NCBI RefSeq assembly: GCF_003324675.1
Contig: NZ_CP030918.1
Span: forward strand, 1,830,001 to 1,862,000
Source: Paracoccus suum
GTDB lineage: Bacteria > Pseudomonadota > Alphaproteobacteria > Rhodobacterales > Rhodobacteraceae
DNA: 32,000 nucleotides
Reading direction: 5' to 3'
The number at the start of each line of letters is the position of its first letter. Within the stretch, counting starts at the first letter, position 1. The notes under the pieces are model-generated. The model was not told the DNA's origin, made no database searches, and saw only the letters and a list, made by a program, of their open reading frames with translations. A program made the translations under genes and the position numbers. This document shows, piece by piece, positions 9,506 through 16,511 of the stretch.

Positions 9506-11007
9506 TGCAGCTCTCGCCCGATTTTGACAGCTTTGCCGCTGCCTGGGCGAGGGGCGAAAACCAGCTTGTCACGGCTGTGCTGGCCGCCGACCTCGACACG
9601 CCCGTCAGCCTGATGCTGAAGCTGGCCGAAGCCGAGCCCCTCAGCTTCGTGCTGGAAAGCGTCACCGGCGGCGAGCTGCGCGGTCGCTATTCCATCGTCG
9701 GGATGAAGCCAGACCTGATCTGGCGCTGTCGTGGCCAGGCGGCCGAGGTCAACCGCAATGCCCGCTGGGAGGACCGCTTTGCAGCGGACGACCGGCCCGC
9801 GCTCGACAGCCTGCGCGCCCTGCTGGCCGAAAGCCGGATGAACATGCCGGACGGCATCCCGCCGGTCGCGGCGGGCCTCTTCGGCTATCTCGGTTACGAC
9901 ATGATCCGCCTGGTCGAGCATCTGCCGGACGTCAATCCCGACCCTCTGGACCTGCCCGACGCCATGCTGATCCGGCCCTCGCTGGTCGCGGTGCTGGACG
10001 GCGTGAAGGGCGAGGTGACGCTCTGCGCTCCGGCTTGGCACGACGCGGGTGTTCCGCCCCGCGCCGCCTATGCCCAGGCGGCAGAGAGGGTGATGGACGC
10101 GCTGCGCAGCCTCGACCGGCAGCCGGCCGAACCGCGCGCGCTGGGCGGCGATACCAAGGTCGGAGAGCCGCGCTCGAACTTTGCCCGTGCCGATTACCTG
10201 GCGGCGGTCGAGACGGCGCGCGATTACATCCGCGCGGGCGACATCTTCCAGGTCGTGCCGTCGCAACGCTGGGCAATGGATTATCCGCTGCCGCCCTTTG
10301 CCCTTTACCGCTCGTTGCGGCGCACCAATCCCTCGCCCTTCATGTTCTTCCTGAACATGGGCGGCTTTCAGATTGTCGGTGCCAGCCCCGAGATCCTGGT
10401 CCGCCTGCGCGACGGCGAAGTCACGATCCGTCCGATCGCCGGCACCCGCCCGCGCGGCGCGAACCCGGACGAGGACCGCGCGCTGGAGGCCGAGTTGCTC
10501 GCCGACGAGAAGGAGCTGTCCGAACATCTGATGCTGCTCGACCTCGGGCGCAACGATGTCGGCAAGGTCGCCCGGATTGGCACCGTGCGTCCGACCGAGC
10601 AGTTCATCATCGAACGCTATAGTCATGTCATGCACATCGTCAGCAACGTGGTGGGCGAGTTGCGGGGCGGCGAGGACGCGTTGTCGGCGCTGCTCGCCGG
10701 GCTGCCGGCCGGGACCGTCAGTGGCGCGCCCAAAGTCCGCGCGATGCAGATCATCGACGAGCTGGAGCCGGAAAAGCGCGGCGTCTATGGCGGCGCGGTT
10801 GGCTATTTCGCCGCTAATGGCGAGATGGACATGTGCATCGCGCTGCGGACCGGGGTGGTCAAGGATGAAACCCTTTATGTCCAGGCGGGCGGGGGCGTCG
10901 TGCTGGACAGCGATCCCGAGGCCGAGTTTACCGAGACGGTGAACAAGTCCCGCGCCCTGATGCGGGCCGCCGAGGGCGCGGCCCGCTTTACCCGCGGCAA
11001 CGGCTAG
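9505..11007 (+). CDS. trpE: anthranilate synthase component I
   Basis: FQVVPSQR, LLDLGRNDVG, GTVSGAPKVRAM and YGGAVGYF are TrpE motifs. The start is either ATG 9505 (TGATG overlap with the upstream stop) or GTG 9502. Confidence 0.93.
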   Translation: MQLSPDFDSFAAAWARGENQLVTAVLAADLDTPVSLMLKLAEAEPLSFVLESVTGGELRGRYSIVGMKPDLIWRCRGQAAEVNRNARWEDRFAADDRPALDSLRALLAESRMNMPDGIPPVAAGLFGYLGYDMIRLVEHLPDVNPDPLDLPDAMLIRPSLVAVLDGVKGEVTLCAPAWHDAGVPPRAAYAQAAERVMDALRSLDRQPAEPRALGGDTKVGEPRSNFARADYLAAVETARDYIRAGDIFQVVPSQRWAMDYPLPPFALYRSLRRTNPSPFMFFLNMGGFQIVGASPEILVRLRDGEVTIRPIAGTRPRGANPDEDRALEAELLADEKELSEHLMLLDLGRNDVGKVARIGTVRPTEQFIIERYSHVMHIVSNVVGELRGGEDALSALLAGLPAGTVSGAPKVRAMQIIDELEPEKRGVYGGAVGYFAANGEMDMCIALRTGVVKDETLYVQAGGGVVLDSDPEAEFTETVNKSRALMRAAEGAARFTRGNG

Positions 11008-11027
11008 GGCAGCCCGCCTGAGGCGCC

Positions 11028-11052
11028 GGAACCCTTGCTGCACTGGCTGGTT
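11028..11052 (+). promoter_or_regulatory. weak match to the alphaproteobacterial general-stress (EcfG-type) promoter: GGAAC-N16-GGTT
   Basis: GGAAC lies at 11028-11032 and GGTT at 11049-11052, against the consensus GGAAC-N16/17-CGTT. The match sits about 25 nt upstream of the sORF1 ATG. This is a pattern match only. Confidence 0.2.
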
Positions 11053-11077
11053 GATCCTGTGAGCAGGAGGGATCACC

Positions 11078-11251
11078 ATGGCCAGCAAGCCTGATAAATC
11101 GGACAAGTCCGGAACGGACGAGGACGAGCACACCCTGACCAATGAATATGAGGGCGATGCCGAGCGGGACGGGATTCCCGCGAACGGCACGCGCCCGGTT
11201 AGGGACCAGTCGCCCGAGGGCGTCGAGGGGCCGCCGCCCCGCACCGTGTGA
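11078..11251 (+). CDS. small hydrophilic acidic protein, 57 aa (hypothetical)
   Basis: Not in the ORF track (<60 aa). The strong SD AGGAGG (11065-11070) lies 7 nt before the ATG at 11078. My translation is MASKPDKSDKSGTDEDEHTLTNEYEGDAERDGIPANGTRPVRDQSPEGVEGPPPRTV*. Third codon positions are mostly G/C. Confidence 0.4.
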   Translation: MASKPDKSDKSGTDEDEHTLTNEYEGDAERDGIPANGTRPVRDQSPEGVEGPPPRTV

Positions 11252-11282
11252 CCGCTGGAACCTCACCGAAAGGAACGCAAGC

Positions 11283-11450
11283 ATGGCCATGATAAACCGC
11301 GCCCATATCACCCCGCCCGCCGAAACGACTCCCGAGGAAGCCGAACGCAACAAGCGCGCTATGGGCAAGAACAAGGCGGCGCAGGAGCAAGATGACAACG
11401 GGGCCGTTCCCGGCAAGCCCGCCGTGAACCCGGCAAAAGCCGAGGACTAA
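11283..11450 (+). CDS. small hydrophilic protein, 55 aa (hypothetical)
   Basis: This is an internal ATG of ORF 11142..11450, preceded by AAAGGAAC. The product is MAMINRAHITPPAETTPEEAERNKRAMGKNKAAQEQDDNGAVPGKPAVNPAKAED*, with G/C-rich third positions. Confidence 0.35.
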   Translation: MAMINRAHITPPAETTPEEAERNKRAMGKNKAAQEQDDNGAVPGKPAVNPAKAED

Positions 11451-11474
11451 GTTCGGCAACCGCAGGAGAGGACG

Positions 11475-11645
11475 ATGGACCTGACCCTTCGCCTACACGA
11501 GCTTTCCGAGGGGACCTCGGACGAAGAGGCTGTTTTGATGAAGCAGCAGTCCCGGGTCGAAGCGGCCAAGCGCCTGCGCCACAGGCGGGGAGATGGCGAG
11601 CCCGATCCGGCCGTGCCCCAAGGATATGAACTCGATCCTCGATAG
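11475..11645 (+). CDS. small charged protein, 56 aa (hypothetical)
   Basis: Not in the ORF track. GCAGGAGAGGACG precedes the ATG at 11475. The product is MDLTLRLHELSEGTSDEEAVLMKQQSRVEAAKRLRHRRGDGEPDPAVPQGYELDPR*. It is in the same frame as the preceding sORF. Confidence 0.3.
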   Translation: MDLTLRLHELSEGTSDEEAVLMKQQSRVEAAKRLRHRRGDGEPDPAVPQGYELDPR

Positions 11646-11759
11646 CGGGACGGAAGACGGCGCAGGGTGGGCGGCCGGAGAAGCTGAACCGCCTGTTGTG
11701 TCCACCGAGTCTGCGCGCCGGTAGTGGACGCGGTGCCCCGCCGCACCTACATTCCGCGC

Positions 11760-13643
11760 ATGGATGATGCCCCCCTGATCCCGCCTGCAGACCCTGCGAC
11801 CGAGGCCGCCACGACTGTCGGCGCGACCTCCGCATATCAGGTGCTGGCGCGCAAATACCGCCCCGAGACCTTCGCCGACCTCGTCGGGCAGGAGGCCATG
11901 GTCCGCACCCTGAAGAATGCCTTTGCCGCCGACCGGATCGCGCAAGCCTTCATCATGACCGGCATTCGGGGCACGGGTAAGACCACGACCGCGCGGATCA
12001 TCGCCAAGGGCCTCAACTGCACCGGCCCGGACGGCACCGGCGGCCCGACGACCGAGCCTTGCGGCAAGTGCGAGCATTGCCTCGCCATCGCCGAGGGCCG
12101 TCATGTGGACGTGATGGAGATGGACGCCGCATCTCGGACTGGCGTCAATGATATCCGCGAAATCATTGAATCGGTTCACTATCGGGCGGCCTCGGCGCGC
12201 TACAAGATCTACATCATCGACGAGGTGCACATGCTCAGCACTTCGGCTTTCAACGCGCTGCTGAAGACGCTGGAGGAGCCGCCGCCGCATGTGAAGTTCA
12301 TCTTTGCCACCACCGAAATCCGCAAGGTCCCGGTCACGGTGCTGTCGCGCTGCCAGCGGTTCGATCTTCGCCGGATCGAGCCCGAGGTGATGCTGGCGCT
12401 GCTGCGTCGCATTGCCGCGGCCGAGGGGGCCGAGATCGGCGAGGATGCGCTGGCGTTGATCACCCGCGCAGCCGAAGGCTCGGCCCGCGATGCGACCAGC
12501 CTGCTGGACCAGTCCATCAGCCACGGTGCAGGCGAGACGACCGCCGCGCAGGTCCGGGCCATGCTGGGCCTTGCGGATCGCGGGCGGGTGCTGGACCTAT
12601 TTGGCATGATCCTGCGCGGCGATGCGGCCGGGGCGCTTGCCGAATTGCAGGCGCAGTATGCCGATGGCGCCGATCCCGTCGCGGTGCTGCGTGATCTGGC
12701 CGAGGTGACGCACTGGATCAGCGTGCTGAAGATCACGCCCGAGGCGATCGAGGATCCGACCCTTACCCCGGACGAGCGCACCCGTGGCGCCCGCGTCGCC
12801 GCCGAGGTGCCGATGCGCGTTCTGACGCGCATGTGGCAGATGTTGCTGAAATCGCTCGAGGAAGTGTCCATTGCGCCCAACGCGATGATGGCTGCCGAGA
12901 TGGCGATCATCCGCCTGACCCATGTGGCCGACTTGCCCGACCCGGAGGCGCTGATTCGCCGCGTGCAACAGGCGCAGGCGGCGGGGGAGTTCGCGGCGCA
13001 AACTGGCGGCAATGGCGGCGGCGGTGGCGCCACGGCCCTTGCCCCTCCGGCCTCCCCCGCCCGGGTAGCGCAGCCTCCCATGGCGCGGGTGGATGCGGTT
13101 GCGCGCAGTAGTGGCGCGAACCTTGGCGGGGCAGGGGCCGCGGCGACGGCGCAGGCCCTCGTTCCGATCCCGCAATTGGCCGACTATCACGACTGGGCCT
13201 CGGTGCTCGCCCTTATCTCGCGGATGCGCGACGTGCGGCTGTTGATCGATGTCGAAACCCATGTGCGGCTGGCCCGCTATGCCCCCGGCCGGGTCGAGTT
13301 TCAGCCGATGCCGGACACCCCGCGCGATCTGGCGCAGCGCCTGACCGAGCGGTTGCGCGGTTGGACCAACGCACGCTGGACCGTCAGCCTCGTGAATGAG
13401 GGCGGCGCGCCGACTGTCGCCGAGGTGCGGGAGGCTGACCTCGCCGCCCGCCGCGCGCGCGCTGCAGCCGACCCGAAGGTGCAGGCCGTCCTGTCGGCCT
13501 TCCCCGGCGCCCGCATCGCCTCGGTCCGCCCGGCCCCGGTCGAGGTGCAGGCCGAGGTCGAAGACGATCTGCAGGGCCATGGCGAGGGCCTGGGCCCGGT
13601 CGCGGCGGTCGAGGAATGGGATCCCTTCGAGGACGAGGAATAG
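11760..13643 (+). CDS. dnaX: DNA polymerase III subunit gamma/tau
   Basis: YQVLARKYRPETFADLVGQE, GIRGTGKTTTARI (Walker A), the CGKCEHC zinc module, YIIDEVHML and VLSRCQRF are DnaX motifs. I chose the ATG at 11760. The ORF-track start at 11724 is a GTG alternative. Confidence 0.93.
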   Translation: MDDAPLIPPADPATEAATTVGATSAYQVLARKYRPETFADLVGQEAMVRTLKNAFAADRIAQAFIMTGIRGTGKTTTARIIAKGLNCTGPDGTGGPTTEPCGKCEHCLAIAEGRHVDVMEMDAASRTGVNDIREIIESVHYRAASARYKIYIIDEVHMLSTSAFNALLKTLEEPPPHVKFIFATTEIRKVPVTVLSRCQRFDLRRIEPEVMLALLRRIAAAEGAEIGEDALALITRAAEGSARDATSLLDQSISHGAGETTAAQVRAMLGLADRGRVLDLFGMILRGDAAGALAELQAQYADGADPVAVLRDLAEVTHWISVLKITPEAIEDPTLTPDERTRGARVAAEVPMRVLTRMWQMLLKSLEEVSIAPNAMMAAEMAIIRLTHVADLPDPEALIRRVQQAQAAGEFAAQTGGNGGGGGATALAPPASPARVAQPPMARVDAVARSSGANLGGAGAAATAQALVPIPQLADYHDWASVLALISRMRDVRLLIDVETHVRLARYAPGRVEFQPMPDTPRDLAQRLTERLRGWTNARWTVSLVNEGGAPTVAEVREADLAARRARAAADPKVQAVLSAFPGARIASVRPAPVEVQAEVEDDLQGHGEGLGPVAAVEEWDPFEDEE

Positions 13644-13647
13644 AGCG

Positions 13648-13992
13648 ATGATCAAGGGTTTGGGCGGCTTTGGCGACATGGCCAAGATGATGGCGGCGGC
13701 GCGCGACATGCAGGGCCGGGTCGAGGAGATGCAGGGCAAGCTCGACAGCCTGGAGGTCGAGGGGAGTGCCGGCGCGGGGATGGTCAAGGCCATCGTCAGC
13801 GCCAAGGGCGATCTGAAGCGGCTGTCGATCGACCCGTCGCTGTTCCGTCCCGAGGATCGCGAGGTGGTCGAGGACCTGATCGTCGCCGCCATCCGCGACG
13901 CGCAGGAGTGCGCGGGCGATGCCGCCAAGTCCGAGGCCGCCAAGATGGCCGAGACCTTTGGTCTGCCACCCGGCATGAAGCTGCCATTCTGA
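13648..13992 (+). CDS. ybaB: nucleoid-associated protein YbaB/EbfC family
   Basis: MIKGLGGFGDMAKMMAAARDMQGRVEEMQGKLDSLEVEGSAGAGMVKAIVSAKGDLKRLSIDP... is typical YbaB. It follows the conserved dnaX-ybaB-recR order. The ATG at 13648 was confirmed. Confidence 0.9.
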   Translation: MIKGLGGFGDMAKMMAAARDMQGRVEEMQGKLDSLEVEGSAGAGMVKAIVSAKGDLKRLSIDPSLFRPEDREVVEDLIVAAIRDAQECAGDAAKSEAAKMAETFGLPPGMKLPF

Positions 13993-14598
13993 ATGTCCGA
14001 TTCCGCTGGCAGCGATGATATCCAGGCGCTGATCGCGCTGATGGCGCGGCTGCCGGGCCTCGGCCCGCGATCGGCCCGGCGGATCGTGCTGCACCTCATC
14101 CGCCGCCGCAGCGGCGCCATGGTGCAACTGGCCGAGGTGATGGCCCGCGTGTCCGAGACCTCGCGCGAGTGCCTGCGCTGTGGCAACATCACCGATGCTG
14201 ACCTGTGCCCGATCTGCACGGACGCGCGCCGCGCCAATGGCGAGCTATGCGTGGTCGAGGATGTCGCCGACCTGTGGGCGATGGAGCGCGGGCGCGCCTT
14301 TCGCGGTCGCTATCATGTCCTCGGCGGGACCTTGTCGGCGCTGGACGAGGTCGGGCCGGAAGACCTGCGTATCCCAACCCTGATCGGCCGCGTTGCCGAG
14401 GAAGGCGTGCGGGAGGTGATCTTGGCGCTCGATGCCACGGTCGAGGGCCAGACAACCGCGCATTACATCGCCGAGGCGCTGGCGCCGTTGGGGGTCAGCG
14501 TCACTGGCCTTGCCCAGGGGGTGCCCGTCGGGGGCGAGCTGGATTACCTCGACGACGGCACGATCAGCGCCGCGTTGCGGGCCCGCCGCGCGTTCTAG
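13993..14598 (+). CDS. recR: recombination protein RecR
   Basis: [12 protein letters not shown] (HhH), the [16 protein letters not shown] zinc finger, and [13 protein letters not shown] (Toprim). The ATG immediately follows the ybaB TGA. Confidence 0.95.
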   Translation: MSDSAGSDDIQALIALMARLPGLGPRSARRIVLHLIRRRSGAMVQLAEVMARVSETSRECLRCGNITDADLCPICTDARRANGELCVVEDVADLWAMERGRAFRGRYHVLGGTLSALDEVGPEDLRIPTLIGRVAEEGVREVILALDATVEGQTTAHYIAEALAPLGVSVTGLAQGVPVGGELDYLDDGTISAALRARRAF

Positions 14599-14719
14599 CC
14601 TGGCCAAGATCGTTCGTGGTCCGCGCGGTGCCGTCTCGCCACCACTCGCGCCTGCACATCCGCTGCTGCCATGCCGCCGGCCCCTTTCCGCGCCGCCCCG
14701 CCGCGCCTATCTGATCCGC

Positions 14720-15319
14720 ATGCCCGCGCTTATCCCGCAGATCGAGGCTTGCCGCCTTTGTGCCACGCGTTTTGCCGGCACCGCGACGCGCCATGCGCCG
14801 CGGCCGGTGGTGTGGTTTGCGCCCGGCGCGCCCATCCTGCTGGTCGGGCAGGCGCCCGGCCTGCGCGTGCATGAGGCGGGCCGCCCCTTCGCCGACGCCT
14901 CAGGCAAGCGGCTGCGCGAGTGGATGGGGGTGGACGAGGCCGCCTTTTATGACCGCGCGCGCTTTGCCATCGTGCCAATGGCCTTCTGCTTTCCGGGTTA
15001 CAACGCGCAGGGTTCCGACCTGCCGCCACCGCCGATCTGTGCCGCGACGTGGCGCCCACAGGTGCTGGACCTGCTGCGGCCGCAGCTGACGCTGCTGATC
15101 GGCGGCCACGCCCAGCGCTGGCACCTTGGCGCCGCAGCGACGCGGGGTGGCGTCGGCGCAACCGTCGCCCGTTGGCGCGAGCATGCGCCAGCGATCTTTC
15201 CCTTGCCGCACCCGTCGTGGCGCAATACCGGCTGGCTGAAACGCAACCCATGGTTCGAGGCCGAGGTCGTCCCGGCCCTGCGCGCCGCCGTGGACCAAAG
15301 CCTGAGGAACCTTGCATGA
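14720..15319 (+). CDS. uracil-DNA glycosylase superfamily protein (non-family-1)
   Basis: I trimmed the ORF to the ATG at 14720. The product MPALIPQIEACRLC...LLVGQAPGLRVHEAGRPFADASGKRL...PLPHPSWRN shows GQAPG and HPS-type UDG-superfamily motifs. Confidence 0.75.
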   Translation: MPALIPQIEACRLCATRFAGTATRHAPRPVVWFAPGAPILLVGQAPGLRVHEAGRPFADASGKRLREWMGVDEAAFYDRARFAIVPMAFCFPGYNAQGSDLPPPPICAATWRPQVLDLLRPQLTLLIGGHAQRWHLGAAATRGGVGATVARWREHAPAIFPLPHPSWRNTGWLKRNPWFEAEVVPALRAAVDQSLRNLA

Positions 15320-16077
15320 GTGCGCTCGACGATCTGTGCTCCGTCCCATTCCACGAGGCGGGCGACGCTGCCCGCGCCGCGATCCTGCGCCAGCTGGCCG
15401 ACACCGAGCTGTTCCTGGCGCTGGCCGAGGACCCGCGGGACGACATCGCTGCCGTGCTGCGCCTGCCCCTGGACGGGGCCGAGGTCGCGCTCGCCTGCGA
15501 CGACGACGGGCGCCTTGCCGGGGCGCTGGGTCGCCCGGTGGCGCATGTGGCACTGCCGGGCCGCGAGGTCGCGCGCCGCCTTGGCGCCGAGGGGCTGCCG
15601 TTGCTGGTCAATCCCGGCGCGCCCTCGGCCATGCTGCTGGACGCCCCCGCGCTGGCCTGGCTGGCGCAGGCGCTGGCCGCCGCCCCGACCGAGGTGGACC
15701 AACGGGCCCGCAGCCTGTCGCCCCCCGACCCCGGGCTGGTGGCCGCGCTTGCGCCCGCGCTGGGCAGGCGGCTGGCCGACATGGCCGGGCTGACCACCGG
15801 CGCGGTGCTGGTCGCCGCCCAAATGTCGGACGGCAGCGCCACGCATCTGGCGATTCTGTCCGGTACGCCCGACGCTGCGCGGCCGGCGCTGGCGAAGGCA
15901 GTGTCCGAGCTGATCGCTTTCCTGCCGCCGCTGCCGGTTCCGGTTGATGTCAGCTTTGCCGACCATCTGCCGATCCCTGCCGGCGCCGTCAGCATACGGG
16001 TCGAGCCCGCCCCGAAACCGCCGGCGCCTGCACCCGACGCCCCGGCCGAGCCGCGCCCGCCGCGCCTGCGATTTTAA
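15316..16077 (+). CDS. SseB-like family protein (function unknown)
   Basis: The ATG at 15316 overlaps the upstream TGA (ATGA). The product begins MSALDDLCSVPFHEAGDAARAAILRQLADTELFLALAED... and ends in a Pro-rich tail. The family assignment is from memory of SseB N-terminal domain proteins and is not certain. Confidence 0.55.
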   Translation: MSALDDLCSVPFHEAGDAARAAILRQLADTELFLALAEDPRDDIAAVLRLPLDGAEVALACDDDGRLAGALGRPVAHVALPGREVARRLGAEGLPLLVNPGAPSAMLLDAPALAWLAQALAAAPTEVDQRARSLSPPDPGLVAALAPALGRRLADMAGLTTGAVLVAAQMSDGSATHLAILSGTPDAARPALAKAVSELIAFLPPLPVPVDVSFADHLPIPAGAVSIRVEPAPKPPAPAPDAPAEPRPPRLRF

Positions 16078-16087
16078 GGACAAGACC

Positions 16088-16507
16088 ATGGCCCAGCCTG
16101 CCTTCGAGGATATCGCCGAGACCTTCGCCTTTCTGGATGATTGGGAGGATCGCTACCGCCACCTGATAGAGATCGGGCGCGAGATGCCGGCGCTGCCCGA
16201 CGCGCTGAAGGTGCCCGCGACCAAGGTCGAAGGCTGCGCCAGCCAGGTCTGGCTGATGCCGCGGATCGAGGGGCAGGGCGCGGACGCCCGCTTTGACTTT
16301 GCGGGCGAGAGCGACGCGATGATCGTGCGCGGGCTGATCGCAGTGCTGCACGCTCTCTATTCGGGTCTGCCGGTGGGCGAGGTGGAAAAGGTCGACGCGC
16401 AGGCGGAACTGGCCCGCCTCGGCCTTGACGAGCATCTGTCGGCGCAACGCTCGAACGGATTGCGGGCCATGGTCGCGCGGCTGCGCGCGAGCGCAGCGGC
16501 GGCCTGA
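16088..16507 (+). CDS. sufE: cysteine desulfuration protein SufE family
   Basis: FEDIAETFAFLDDWEDRYRHLIEIGR and KVEGCASQVWL (the SufE active-site Cys context). The ATG at 16088 was confirmed. Confidence 0.85.
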   Translation: MAQPAFEDIAETFAFLDDWEDRYRHLIEIGREMPALPDALKVPATKVEGCASQVWLMPRIEGQGADARFDFAGESDAMIVRGLIAVLHALYSGLPVGEVEKVDAQAELARLGLDEHLSAQRSNGLRAMVARLRASAAAA

Positions 16508-16511
16508 CGGC

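Noticed and set aside
11052-11080. TGATCC (11052-57) as a Rhodobacter RpoE-type -35 element. Also a GATCCT/GGGATC hairpin (11053-58 / 11069-74) over the sORF1 SD.
   Set aside because: The required -10 would fall on the start codon itself. The hairpin 5' arm would not be transcribed if the GGAAC-type promoter is used. The evidence is too weak to report as a feature.
9424-11244. 606-aa ORF antisense to trpE. Similar very long antisense ORFs occur at 7580..9112(-), 12597..14237(-), 14730..15995(-), 18420..20540(+), 22263..23582(-), 27474..28724(+) and 3122..4030(-).
   Set aside because: Each lies opposite a gene with unmistakable family motifs. Their translations are Arg/Gly/Ala/Pro-rich with no recognisable motifs. 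Long stop-free antisense frames are expected in DNA this GC-rich.
11451-11759. SRP (4.5S) RNA gene ffs, expected upstream of dnaX. The strings GCUGUUUUGAUGAAGCAGCAG (about 11539-11559) and CCGGAGAAGCUGAACC (about 11675-11690) look superficially SRP-like.
   Set aside because: Neither strand shows the conserved helix-8 core, in which a GGAA tetraloop is closed by UCC/GGA and followed by AGCAGCC or AGCAAC. The first string lies inside a plausible coding frame. A covariance-model search is needed for certainty.
11760-13643. Programmed -1 frameshift site in dnaX (E. coli A-AAA-AAG type) producing the gamma subunit.
   Set aside because: I saw no slippery heptamer or A-run in the gene. Alphaproteobacteria are known to generate the short form by other means.
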